IMG/VR virus record: IMGVR_UViG_3300009008_000009
Span: 1-64,000 of that record
DNA length: 64,000 nt
Origin: a virus
Direction: 5' to 3' (one strand)
Part shown: piece after piece, positions 10,101-18,308 of the stretch
Position numbering within the stretch: position 1 is the stretch's first letter
Layout of the letters: each line of letters starts with the position of its first letter
Made by a program: the position numbers and the translations under genes
The notes under the pieces: model-generated
What the model was told of the DNA's origin: nothing
Database searches by the model: none
Seen by the model: the letters and a program-made list of their open reading frames with translations, nothing else

Positions 10101-11269
10101 TCTTGTGCAAGGATGATGAGTTCCGATGCTCTACGGAAACGGTCCACTGCAAACGCACCGTCTTCGGTCTTGTACCTGATGAGGTTATGGCTGGCAAGGT
10201 TACAGGCAGAGTTATTGATGTAGTGATACTCAGCACACGGATTACTGGCACCGAAGTAATGAGTGTTACTGACTGGGTTCCACATGTTTATCAGGGTGTC
10301 AAACTGAAGCCCCGGGTCTCCGGTCTCCCATGCGTTCTCTGCGATGGACCGGAAAAGGTCGGCTGCGTGGATCGTGTCTGACGTCTCTCCGTCGGTCACC
10401 CGTTTGAGATCCCAGTCTGACTTGTCGGCCACGGCCCGCATGAAGTCGTCTCCAACCCGAACACTGTGATTGGCATTCTGGTAGGCTACAGTTCCGTACG
10501 CATCGCCGTCAAGGCCACTACTATACCCAGCCGCTAAAAGATCACGGGCCTTCTGGTCTTCCTTGGTCTTGCACTTAATGAAGTCTACGATGTCTGGGTG
10601 ATCAATGTTCAGGATGATAATCTTTGCCGCACGTCGAGTACGGCCACCCGACTTAATTACACCAGCAAAGGCGTCGTACCCCTTCATAAAGCTCACCGGG
10701 CCACTGGCCTTACCACCAGTTCCGGAAAGAGACTCGGTAGAACCACGAAGGGTGCTGAGGTTTACCCCAGCACCCGACCCGCCTTTGAATATGATTGCCT
10801 CGTCCCGGGCCAGCTTCATTATTGATTCCATGCTGTCATCAACCTCGTTGATGAAGCATGCACTGGCCTGCTGAGGACCGTCCGCACCAATATTAAACCA
10901 CACCGGACTGTTGAAGGCAAAGTACTGGTTGATCAACAGCCAAGTCAGCTCATCAGAGAATGCCTCGGCGTCGTCAGCATGGAAGTAACCGCCGTGTAAA
11001 CCCCACTGCGTAATGGTACTGACAACCCGATTAATAACCTGCTTGATCGACGTCTCGCGCTGGGACGTTCCGGGTTCACCACGAAAGTACTTAGAAACCG
11101 CGATGTTACTAGATTGATGTGACCACGTAATCGGAAATTCTACGTCTTCTTGCTTGAACACCGCTTCACCGTCAGCTCCGATAATCTTCGCGTCCCGCTT
11201 TTCCCATTCAATTTCGTCGTATGGATGAATGTCCGGATTGGAAAAGAGACGAGAGATACTTAACGCCAT
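7178..11269 (-). CDS. nrdJ: Class II (B12-dependent) ribonucleotide reductase with intein, TSCPD domain and C-terminal Zn ribbon
   Basis: FNSPVWFN, SACF, GGSGAG, GGRTRRAA, SNPCAEY, ACNLAS, APTG/T, ADTTGIEP, SKTIN, IYRDG, CxxC..CxxC; start moved to ATG 11269 (AGGAG RBS). Confidence 0.95.
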   Translation of the reverse strand: MALSISRLFSNPDIHPYDEIEWEKRDAKIIGADGEAVFKQEDVEFPITWSHQSSNIAVSKYFRGEPGTSQRETSIKQVINRVVSTITQWGLHGGYFHADDAEAFSDELTWLLINQYFAFNSPVWFNIGADGPQQASACFINEVDDSMESIMKLARDEAIIFKGGSGAGVNLSTLRGSTESLSGTGGKASGPVSFMKGYDAFAGVIKSGGRTRRAAKIIILNIDHPDIVDFIKCKTKEDQKARDLLAAGYSSGLDGDAYGTVAYQNANHSVRVGDDFMRAVADKSDWDLKRVTDGETSDTIHAADLFRSIAENAWETGDPGLQFDTLINMWNPVSNTHYFGASNPCAEYHYINNSACNLASHNLIRYKTEDGAFAVDRFRRASELIILAQEIMVANVDYPTEEIARNSKAHRPLGLGYANLGGLLMVLGLPYGSEDGRRVAAAITALMHASAASMSCQVADELGPFDLFEENRDPYLRVMEKHRTAAESLGLDLDGFTAPIYDMANTILADVCNSIAHGAGIRNGQLTLLAPTGCLATDTMLLSSAGILPLGVLGDVNGDKWQDLDLNIMQEKSVEKSSQFFINGEDHVMEITTKRGHALVGTYGHKIRIIDECGEYVWRKFQDIKPGDLAVFRLGGHEELLMDKPYTVLHGDSTPVHGNESSITFPDVLDERLAEVIGYYVGNGYTKDNYGLCLTVPNNNRDIDSVFESWAESIGVHIQSEERSGCHTVTIPSRRLVRWLKSNRLADKPRGNHGEGAFGASIPISILKSRTSVVCAFIRGLFDADGTVTLVKGTPSVAFSTVSPVLVNQVQVVLESLGIMTTRRQQPESGDRFGDKQRYEVRVANVRSARVYADKIGFISSRKKIRLTDGLSTSTGDESHGISIRNAVIQQDFYDASVGLPSEVRQDIAVRKTAAINLLWARDKISKYPQLRKTKIAAILSLGDVYFDVVVSNTQAGIQKTVDLSVPMNNTYVVSGFVSHNTIAFMMDADTTGIEPEFGLVKFKRLVGGGEMKMVNRLVPEALRTLGYDDDAVASIANYVTDNGTIENCPDLKDDHLPVFDCSIPPLNGERSIHYMDHVKMVAAVQPFLSGAVSKTINMPNTATVEDIEEVYWKGWEMGIKVMSIYRDGCKAIQPYASKSEGDDATPEYEVVIPLPRPVIGDAKAITHKFNVSGHEGYVSVSKYPDGLPSSLMVVISKEGSTLSGLLDAFAAAVTLGFQHGIPLQTFVDRFTGMRFEPHGFTPNQDIKEADSIIDYIFKWLYLTYNPPVEVPEMHTFQELPEEYLVGNGNGNGEFKNVSFAASRPAMPNVTMHNVSMEPIQSVPAMVSADAGPVCGGCGTIMVPNGACHRCPNCGTDTGCSGI
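8327..9670 (-). mobile_element. Intein (about 448 aa) with LAGLIDADG homing endonuclease in nrdJ
   Basis: APTG|CLATDT ... FVSHN|TIAF junctions; IGYYVGNG and FIRGLFDADG motifs; more AT-rich than flanks. Confidence 0.93.
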
Positions 11270-11331
11270 GGGACATCTCCTATGGTACAAGATTTCTCAA
11301 GTGTTGTAGATAACCGAACGTAAGACTATGA

Positions 11332-11562
11332 TCAGCCTCCAATCAATAAGTGAGTTGCAAGAGATCCGATAATCGTTCCGATAACCGCACCCAGTGCACC
11401 AACAATTACAAACTTAGCCTTCATCGCGGACACAGCCAGTGCAAGGTCGTAAATCCTGTCTGAGTTCTTGGTTATCGACTCACGATTTGACATTATACAG
11501 AATGAGCAAGATGCTTCTACCGGCCCCGTGTGCTGCTGATATTGTTCCGGCTTTGTAAACAT
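11332..11562 (-). CDS. Small membrane protein (holin-like)
   Basis: Short helix followed by C-terminal TM (FVIVGALGAVIGTIIGSLA). Confidence 0.5.
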   Translation of the reverse strand: MFTKPEQYQQHTGPVEASCSFCIMSNRESITKNSDRIYDLALAVSAMKAKFVIVGALGAVIGTIIGSLATHLLIGG

Positions 11563-11588
11563 AACGAATGACCCCGGGAGGTTTTGCC

Positions 11589-12113
11589 CTATTGGACTAT
11601 GAGTGATGGCCGGTTAATGAAAAATACCTGAGTGTTGGGTGCGAGCGCACGCCCAGAATGAACAACCCCCGGAATAGCATGGTACGCCGGAGAGGTGTTT
11701 GTAAGCACCTGAGAAGGGCCGTCTGGGTGCTTAATTTCTAAAGACCCCGCGTAACAGATAATCCATTCGTGAACGTCATGGTCATGATCTGGAAACTCTG
11801 CGTCTGGTGTGAGCGCCCGTGATATCCCAGCAGAGATTAGATTTTCCGGGTCATTGTACAATAGGGTTAGCGACCAGTCTCCTAACACAAATGGAACTCC
11901 TTCAACCTCGGCAGATTCAGTTCGTTGAAGATGTTCTACAATATCGGCGTCGCTTTGACAACCCATACGCAGTACATGTGATCGTTTTCGTGGTATGATA
12001 CGAGCAATAGCAAGAGAAAACTTTGAAATAATATCGTTGCCCATAATATCTTTAGGCGACGACGGATGACGCAAGTCAATATTAACGCATACCCCTCCAC
12101 TACCGTTCTGCAT
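11589..12113 (-). CDS. Cupin-domain protein
   Basis: FPDHDHDVHEWIICYAGSL and IPGVVHS cupin metal motifs. Confidence 0.7.
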   Translation of the reverse strand: MQNGSGGVCVNIDLRHPSSPKDIMGNDIISKFSLAIARIIPRKRSHVLRMGCQSDADIVEHLQRTESAEVEGVPFVLGDWSLTLLYNDPENLISAGISRALTPDAEFPDHDHDVHEWIICYAGSLEIKHPDGPSQVLTNTSPAYHAIPGVVHSGRALAPNTQVFFINRPSLIVQ

Positions 12114-12345
12114 AGTCAGTCTCCGGCTACGTTACTTAAAAACTGGGCACCACCATCAGCTAGTAAAAGTTCAGGGGTAAGTCTCGTCTTGATGACAATG
12201 ACACCAAGAAGCCGCCCTAACTCAGATTCGTAAATGTAAAATCTATCAATGTCAATGCGATGAATTGCAGTTGAACCAACAGGAAATGGAAACTGTGGAA
12301 CGGCGGCTGGATGATGATGGACATTCCACGGAGTGATCTTATGTC

Positions 12346-12609
12346 TTATCCCACGCTCTTTGAGCCATTCAACAAATCGGTCGAGGTTTCCGAAGACGTC
12401 GGAATGCGAGTCACCTCTCGAAGAGCGGCTTGTAGGGTGTTGACTGTTAGGCATCTCGTACACTCTCGTTCTACCTCTATGGCAACAATATCCAGTCTCG
12501 AATGCCGTTCCCTAATGCAGAAGATTCCCTCTCCATAAAAGCCAAGGGTTATTCCACACTTTATACACTTCCACCTCTTAAGACCCTTAACCTGCTTATC
12601 ATTTAACAT
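12346..12609 (-). CDS. Mu Com-like zinc-finger protein
   Basis: WKCIKCGITLG ... ECTRCLTVN spacing like the Com family. Confidence 0.55.
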   Translation of the reverse strand: MLNDKQVKGLKRWKCIKCGITLGFYGEGIFCIRERHSRLDIVAIEVERECTRCLTVNTLQAALREVTRIPTSSETSTDLLNGSKSVG

Positions 12610-12782
12610 ATGCAGCCCAAGTACTGTACCAGAATGATAGACTTACACCACCAAGTATCAGCACCTTAGTAAAGCCAGCCTGTAAAATATCAAAGTTTTG
12701 GATTCAGGCTTAGCCAAAAGTCAATACAGCCTTCAGATATTAAAGTAACCTACATAAATTATTACAGTACTAACAAGTGTAC

Positions 12783-13343
12783 CTACACAGAAAAGAATGT
12801 ACTTGCCTCTCTAATGAGATCTGCAGCTTGTGCATGGGGAAAATATACGCTCCGAATTGCAGACATGATCCTGTCATTGATCGAGTATACAGATCCATCC
12901 CACAGTGGAAAGGCGAGAATTGTTTTATCAAAGCTGGATAGATCATTAACAACTACAACGTCTAGTGGATTCATCACATAAACAAACCTGATATTGTCTT
13001 CCGTCACATTATTAATGTTGTAAGTGAGATGCGTAATGTTAGCACTAATATGAACAACCAAGTCAACCAACCCGGCCCACGTGTCAAGCTGCCCCGGTTG
13101 ACTTGTGTAAGCTGCTTTGTAGGAAACATCACCCGCCGACCCAATCCCCTCACTTGTAACAAAGGTCTGATTGATCACAGATGTCTGCTGACTGGTAAGA
13201 TAGCGAAAGGCAATAGTACTTCCAGTTGTTCGAGCTTTGAGTGCAATGATAAACTCAGAAACCCGGTCGTAGGCAACAAGTGCCCCACCACTCTCATAGG
13301 CCATTGCATCTTCTGGATCGAGCGCTATGGCAATTGATGGCAT
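12783..13343 (-). CDS. Hypothetical protein
   Basis: 186 aa ORF, GAGG RBS. Confidence 0.65.
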   Translation of the reverse strand: MPSIAIALDPEDAMAYESGGALVAYDRVSEFIIALKARTTGSTIAFRYLTSQQTSVINQTFVTSEGIGSAGDVSYKAAYTSQPGQLDTWAGLVDLVVHISANITHLTYNINNVTEDNIRFVYVMNPLDVVVVNDLSSFDKTILAFPLWDGSVYSINDRIMSAIRSVYFPHAQAADLIREASTFFSV

Positions 13344-13465
13344 AACCAGTCCTCAAAACTTTGTGCGAGAGCTTTCTCCCTCACCGGTACTAACTCTCGC
13401 ACGGGGCGCAGGAGGTCAACGACTCGTACAGCCTGTGGGGAGAATCGCTGCATCCATGGAAATAC

Positions 13466-14005
13466 TCACTTCTGCTTGTTACGTTTCCGGTTGGCCTTGG
13501 TCAGTTCTGGCTTGGGAATCAGGTCGAGCAGTGGTTTGCACGGCCCCCAGACAACGAAGAACCCTGCACCATACAGCGCAAGTAACTCGAAAGTAAACTT
13601 CCAGCCAGCACCCCATGGCACCGTTACAGTCAAACTTCCCGTGACAGCCTCAGCTACGGCGACTACGAGGTATGAAAAGGTCATTGCAATGATAACCCCG
13701 CGTATGGTTCCAAGCGCGTGAACCGCGTCGCTGAATAGACTAATGCCCTGTTCAAAGAAGCTGATAAGCCACGGTGGATAGTTGTCGTACCATAGTTCTT
13801 TCATCGGAAGATACAGAGACCGTTCGCTGTGATGCCAAGCGTACGAGTTAGTCCACCACTCTCTGGACAGCGGGGAGACTAGAAAGTCTCGAACCGAGTC
13901 CGGGACTCGTTTCATGAAATGGTCGCGGAGTGCGTGAATTGCACCGAGTACAATCATCACAATTCGCAGCACCCAGATAAGATGACCAAGTAAGAAATCC
14001 ATCAT
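13466..14005 (-). CDS. Integral membrane protein
   Basis: About three hydrophobic helices. Confidence 0.65.
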   Translation of the reverse strand: MMDFLLGHLIWVLRIVMIVLGAIHALRDHFMKRVPDSVRDFLVSPLSREWWTNSYAWHHSERSLYLPMKELWYDNYPPWLISFFEQGISLFSDAVHALGTIRGVIIAMTFSYLVVAVAEAVTGSLTVTVPWGAGWKFTFELLALYGAGFFVVWGPCKPLLDLIPKPELTKANRKRNKQK

Positions 14006-14637
14006 GACTCCGCATCTTGTTCACTTAATGGTAGTTCATTATACCAGTATTCGTACGCCGTTTTCCACTGAAACTCGTCGGGGGTGTAAACTTCCCCGCG
14101 ACTACACTCAAGACACGACGTACTAATCTCCCCACCCTCAAGGTAAATGTAATAGGTCTTTTCGCCACACTGCGGACACTTCGGCGTTCTTATTGGACGA
14201 GGCAGGGACTTCCATAACAACCGAAACTCAGCCTCAACCAGCTTAATCGTACGGGGGTCTTTGGAGTACTCCTCCAGCAGTTCCCGCCTCGTCCGATAGA
14301 AGGCCACGGAGTACTGAGTCCGACGCATTCCGGGTTTAATCTTCTTTGACAGGTACTTGAAAAACTTAGTGTCTCGCAGTACGAGCATCGTCCGGACAGG
14401 CCAGTTATCGCGGAATGGTGGAATGAATGACTCAATGGTAGATCGTCCGAGGTCGCCAATCTGAAAGTACCTACCGTTCTTCGACCGCCGTACGTAACGC
14501 GGTGTTAGCCTGTCGGCGGATTCCCGGTAGGTCTCGTCGGTGAACTCAAGTCGGTTCAGTTCACCCTTTACACGTGCCCGCTCGGTCTGTACGTACAACT
14601 TGGTCAGGACTGCGATATCTTGCGCGTACAGCATCAT
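14002..14637 (-). CDS. Hypothetical protein with C-terminal Zn ribbon
   Basis: CPQC...CLEC. Confidence 0.65.
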   Translation of the reverse strand: MMLYAQDIAVLTKLYVQTERARVKGELNRLEFTDETYRESADRLTPRYVRRSKNGRYFQIGDLGRSTIESFIPPFRDNWPVRTMLVLRDTKFFKYLSKKIKPGMRRTQYSVAFYRTRRELLEEYSKDPRTIKLVEAEFRLLWKSLPRPIRTPKCPQCGEKTYYIYLEGGEISTSCLECSRGEVYTPDEFQWKTAYEYWYNELPLSEQDAES

Positions 14638-14909
14638 AGATGAACGCCCAGTCCGGTTGTTAGCACCTCAAAGAACTTGGCCTCGTCGACGATCTTGGTG
14701 GTGCTGGCCGAGTCGTCTCGGACCAAGGACAGACGAACTCGACGGTCGCACACACCTTCAACTTCTGGAACGACGTCAATGGAAAGTTTGAATGACTCGT
14801 TATCTTGCTCGCCATGTACAACTAATGGGCCAGCCCCTGCATCAATCTGCTCACGCTGCTCACGGATGGTTGATAGTAGGGCGGACTTCTCGAATTGCTG
14901 CTCCGACAT
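14634..14909 (-). CDS. Hypothetical protein
   Basis: GAGG RBS, downstream of promoter at 14941-14969. Confidence 0.65.
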   Translation of the reverse strand: MSEQQFEKSALLSTIREQREQIDAGAGPLVVHGEQDNESFKLSIDVVPEVEGVCDRRVRLSLVRDDSASTTKIVDEAKFFEVLTTGLGVHL

Positions 14910-14940
14910 AAAAACCTCAGGTGGTTATGGTTACATCAAC

Positions 14941-14987
14941 ATGATAAAGAAAAACCCCTACAGGGTCAAGTGCTCCTGTAGAGGTTT
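14941..14987 (-). promoter_or_regulatory. Hairpin-embedded promoter TTGACC-N17-TATCAT
   Basis: -35 at 14964-14969 inside stem-loop followed by T-run; -10 at 14941-14946. Confidence 0.75.
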
Positions 14988-15004
14988 GTGGGGTTCCGGT
15001 CGTT

Positions 15005-15319
15005 TTACTTTGGTTCGGTCGCCTGTGTCAGGGCGGCAAGATTTACGTGATATGTCTTGGAAGTCCAAGAGTTGCCTTCGTAGTCAAGTTCAAAAACCAG
15101 CTCGGTCTCGCCCTTGGCGATCTTCTCGCCGGTGATCCGGCAGCGGGCTCGGCCAGTTGCGGTCTTTATCTCGATCAGGCTGTTCGGGTTGAACCAAGGT
15201 GTGCGGCTGATGATGGTGTCCTTATCTCCCCGCACACTGTTGCGATGGTTTTCATAAGCCTCTGCAAGTTCGTGAATCTCGTTTGCGGGCAGGGTCTTGA
15301 ATTCGGTCTTGGTTTCCAT
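15005..15319 (-). CDS. Small protein resembling a degenerate PARP-type zinc finger
   Basis: Start METKTEF with GGAGG RBS; ATGRARCRITGEKIAKGE...YHV resembles zf-PARP. Confidence 0.6.
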   Translation of the reverse strand: METKTEFKTLPANEIHELAEAYENHRNSVRGDKDTIISRTPWFNPNSLIEIKTATGRARCRITGEKIAKGETELVFELDYEGNSWTSKTYHVNLAALTQATEPK

Positions 15320-15347
15320 GGGGCGTCCTCCGGGGTTGTTTACTTTG

Positions 15348-15414
15348 CACATGTACATGATAACACAAAGCGAGCCGGAAAGCAACCTCATGTACATGAG
15401 ATGCTCTCCGGCTC
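15348..15414 (-). promoter_or_regulatory. Hairpin-embedded promoter TTGCTT-N17-TATCATGTACATGTG
   Basis: -35 at 15380-15385, -10 at 15357-15362; CATGTACATG palindrome present twice. Confidence 0.8.
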
Positions 15415-15428
15415 TTAAGCGAGGATAC

Positions 15429-15777
15429 TGGTGGAGACGTGGGGAATCGAACCCCAGTCCGAATGGTTTTACCAACCCCATTCTACGTGCGTAGTCTACT
15501 CAGACCGCAGACAGGTCATCACCGTGTATTTTGTGCTCCGGGACACGATAAAACCGGATCAACACAACCCAGAGGATTGAAGTGCCGACATTTGTCGACC
15601 GGAAATCCTGAGTCGCTATCGGCTTGCTACTCAGGGTCCGGGAGATGACTACTGTTTAAGCAGCCGCTCTCAAGGGAGTTTGCTCTTCAGCAATTATGGA
15701 TGTTCTGCCCTCTTGCAGTTGGACAGCCACTGGCACGCATGAAATCAACTTACCACCCGTCGAAACCAATCGTCCCC
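15429..15777 (-). ncRNA. ssrA: tmRNA; predicted tag AEEQTPLRAAA (15656-15691)
   Basis: 5' GGGGACGATTGGTTTCGAC, 3' GGTTCGATTCCCCACGTCTCCACCA, G3.U alanine identity pair, resume context ATAATT-GCT. Confidence 0.95.
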
Positions 15778-15805
15778 GCTTGTGAAAGATCAATGGTACA
15801 AACTT

Positions 15806-16306
15806 CTATTCACCGTCAGCTAGTGTACGCTGTGAATTCTTAATCACCGTCTGCACTGAATCAGCTGCGGCTGTCATTCCAGCCCGGTAGTACAAGTTAC
15901 CTAAAAACCAGCGGAAGAAGTTAATGCCTTGTAACGTACCGGCAGTAGCCTCTTCCCCCTGTAAGAGCAGCTGTTCCTCCCATCTCGGAAGGATCAGCTC
16001 CATCGCAGTTACAGTCACAATAGGAGAAACTGATCTGTGGTCGGCGAGCTGGTAATAGCAATATACAGTCACCGCTCTATCACGGAGTGCGTTGATCGAC
16101 TCAGGTCCAAACAACGTGACTGCCAGCTCAGCAGCTGCACTCGAGTTAGTATAAGCAACATAAAAGTTCTCGTCAAGCGCATCGTAGTAAGCAGTCACAC
16201 GTAGTGACTTATACAAGAGCTCGTCCATACTCAGTTCTTGCTCTGGTTGGCCCAGAACCATGGAAGTGAGCATTAACGATAATAGCAATGTCAAGATGTA
16301 CTTCAT
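15806..16306 (-). CDS. Secreted/exported hypothetical protein
   Basis: Sec-type signal peptide MKYILTLLLSLMLTSMVLG. Confidence 0.7.
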   Translation of the reverse strand: MKYILTLLLSLMLTSMVLGQPEQELSMDELLYKSLRVTAYYDALDENFYVAYTNSSAAAELAVTLFGPESINALRDRAVTVYCYYQLADHRSVSPIVTVTAMELILPRWEEQLLLQGEEATAGTLQGINFFRWFLGNLYYRAGMTAAADSVQTVIKNSQRTLADGE

Positions 16307-16453
16307 GGTCTTCTATCCTGTTAGACTGAGACGGTGCAGCCCTATTAGCAACCAAGCACGTGGCTGGTGCAGGATGGATACTGCACCGTCTCTTAATCGA
16401 ACCCGGTGCCGCGAGATTCCACCTCGTGGAAAGGTTCAATGGGTTGTCAAAGT

Positions 16454-16544
16454 CTGGTGGTCGACTGGTTCTCCGGAGGAGTCGTTCCCCAGCCTCTGGA
16501 ACAGAGCCGCAGCGCTCCTCACACTACGGTTGCCCCACCACCAG
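16454..16544 (-). ncRNA. Putative structured ncRNA directly 3' of tRNA-Pro
   Basis: Closing stem CTGGTGGT/ACCACCAG and internal hairpin CCGTAGTG/CGCTGCGG with G.U pairs. Confidence 0.45.
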
Positions 16545-16548
16545 TTTG

Positions 16549-16624
16549 TCGGAGATACAGGATTCGAACCTGTGGCCCCCTGCTCCCAAAGCAGGTGCGC
16601 TCTACCGGACTGCGCCAATCTCCG
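16549..16624 (-). tRNA. tRNA-Pro(UGG), CCA not encoded
   Basis: CGGAGAT/ATCTCCG acceptor stem, CCTGC-TTTGGGA-GCAGG anticodon arm, GGTTCGAATCC T-arm. Confidence 0.95.
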
Positions 16625-16627
16625 ATG

Positions 16628-16737
16628 AGGAGTCACCACTTGCCCCGTTGCCCGCGTTCGCGGTTCAGCCGCTCTGTCGCCTTAATCCCCGTTTCCGGTT
16701 GAGGCCGAGAGCCAACGTTGGGTTCGTGACAACCCCT
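16628..16737 (-). ncRNA. Putative structured ncRNA directly 5' of tRNA-Pro
   Basis: 12-bp closing stem AGGGGTTGTCAC/GTGGTGACTCCT, CCG-GAAA-CGG tetraloop, nested CGTTG/CAACG and GCTCT/AGAGC helices. Confidence 0.5.
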
Positions 16738-16793
16738 GTCTGATTGTCAAAGTAACCTGCTGATAATACTACCTACACCCCACATTACACCAA

Positions 16794-17040
16794 TGCTGCG
16801 GGGAGGCCAGTACCGGTTACCAACCACCGCGCACTACAAAGGTTCATCTGACAGCCATCGACGCAGATGTTAGCGTCAGAATGGGTCACCCACTCCCACA
16901 TTCCTCAATAGTATCCAACCGTAGTCAGCGCCAGAAAAGGAAAGTGTTAGTCTCCAGTTCTATTGATCTACGATCTGAGGTAGCAAGGACTCCACATCGT
17001 TCCACAGAACTTCGGACGGTCCTTGGTCTCGTATTCAGCA
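16794..17040 (-). ncRNA. Putative structured ncRNA of about 250 nt
   Basis: No credible ORF; closing TGCTG/CAGCA, internal CAAGGAC/GTCCTTG, GATCGTAG/CTACGGTT, GACGC/GCGTC; preceded by boxA-like motif. Confidence 0.45.
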
Positions 17041-17136
17041 GGTTGTCAAAGAACGTTCCCGCTACTTGGTCCATCCACACGAGCGGTCAGCGTGGTTGTC
17101 GATGAGCGAGGCTATGCCATGGCTCGCTCTGGTACT

Positions 17137-17165
17137 AATATACGTTCAACCGGGCTACGCAGCAA
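17137..17165 (-). promoter_or_regulatory. Promoter TTGCTG-N17-TATATT for the ncRNA cluster
   Basis: 17-bp spacing; -35 sits in the loop of CCGGGC..GCCCGG hairpin overlapping the upstream stop codon. Confidence 0.6.
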
Positions 17166-17682
17166 CTGCCGCCCGGACCCTCTTCATCTCATCCTGCAAC
17201 CACTCAAACTTGAGCTGTTCGAATGCTCGAAAGGCTGGAATGCACTCCGGGCCGCCGTTCCACAAGTCCGGATGATCTCGAATGGTAAGCTGGGTCGCGG
17301 TACTGCGGACCAAGTCATCCACGTGATCGAGATGGTTGATCTCGCGGCACGCCTCGTAAAGCTCAATGGCGCTGCTGTAAATCCGCAGTCCAAGCAGGTG
17401 GCTCTTGGCAGCGTACGCTGCGGCCTTCTTATCCTCGTGCCCGCTGCTGCAAATGCAAGGATAAAGACACTCTGGATCGTCCGTGTGAATCAGGAAATAC
17501 CCCCAGCCATTGCGCGGGTCGCGGAAGACGACCGCTGTCTGCTTGTCGCTGGTGATGTACATCGGGGCGTAGCTGCCACCAAGCATCTTCTGAATCTTGT
17601 GCCCGGCGTCTTGCTTGGCTGCGGTCACGTTGCGACCCTCGCCCTCAACACCGTAGTACTCGACCTTGACCTTGGTACTCAT
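17155..17682 (-). CDS. Hypothetical early protein
   Basis: Own promoter and GGAGG RBS. Confidence 0.75.
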   Translation of the reverse strand: MSTKVKVEYYGVEGEGRNVTAAKQDAGHKIQKMLGGSYAPMYITSDKQTAVVFRDPRNGWGYFLIHTDDPECLYPCICSSGHEDKKAAAYAAKSHLLGLRIYSSAIELYEACREINHLDHVDDLVRSTATQLTIRDHPDLWNGGPECIPAFRAFEQLKFEWLQDEMKRVRAAVAA

Positions 17683-17708
17683 AAAATCCTCCAGTGGTTG
17701 TTACATTG

Positions 17709-17763
17709 CACATCTACATGATAAGAAAAGCCCCTGCTGGATGCAAGCTCCAACAGAGGCTCT
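17709..17763 (-). promoter_or_regulatory. Hairpin-embedded promoter TTGCAT-N17-TATCAT
   Basis: -35 at 17741-17746 in loop, -10 at 17718-17723. Confidence 0.8.
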
Positions 17764-17779
17764 TGTATAACTTAGTGAA

Positions 17780-18085
17780 TCAGTTCATCGAGTGGTCCGC
17801 AACCTTCGGGGTCTCGACCGGGACGGGAACCAGCCGGTAGTTCTCGTCGCCCTCGGTGATGCTGCCGGACATCCGACCGCCGTTGCCACCGAAGTGAATG
17901 TAGAAGCAGCAGTAAGCCCGACCGTCGATGAGGTTGTCACCCCGGGCGTGAACTTCTGCGATCTCATACGGACCGTGGTACTTGGCGTTTGGCTTGGCCA
18001 CGCTCGGCGTGGTGAAAGCCTGCATGTCGAGGGTCCACTCCAGCCACATTCCGGGCTGCAAGGATTCTACTTCGGCGCGGGTCAT
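17780..18085 (-). CDS. Hypothetical early protein
   Basis: Own promoter and GGAGG RBS. Confidence 0.75.
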   Translation of the reverse strand: MTRAEVESLQPGMWLEWTLDMQAFTTPSVAKPNAKYHGPYEIAEVHARGDNLIDGRAYCCFYIHFGGNGGRMSGSITEGDENYRLVPVPVETPKVADHSMN

Positions 18086-18122
18086 GGTGACCTCCGGGTT
18101 AGGTTACGGGCGGTGCCCGATG

Positions 18123-18175
18123 CACATGTACATGATAACAAAACCCCCTATAGGATGCAAGTCCTATAGAGGATT
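18123..18175 (-). promoter_or_regulatory. Hairpin-embedded promoter TTGCAT-N17-TATCATGTACATGTG
   Basis: -35 at 18155-18160 in loop, -10 at 18132-18137. Confidence 0.82.
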
Positions 18176-18308
18176 AGTAAGAGCACACATGACTGCGTTG
18201 TTGAAAACCGAGGAGTCTGAGGCTACTTATCCCATCCAATAACCTCGATAAGAACTGCGAATTCATCACCGGTTGGAATTGAAATCTGGTTTCCACCCTT
18301 TTAGTTTC

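Noticed and set aside
15320-15481. N-terminal extension of ORF 15005..15481
   Set aside because: Overlaps the tmRNA 3' end and a promoter; the real start is ATG 15319 with GGAGG
16794-17040. RNase P, SRP or 6S identity for the 250-nt RNA
   Set aside because: Hallmark motifs (GAGGAAAGUCC, SRP GGAA-loop helix, long 6S rod) were not found by eye
17155-17180. C-terminal RAAVAA as a built-in ssrA-like degron
   Set aside because: The codons coincide with the overlapping promoter hairpin, which can explain the sequence
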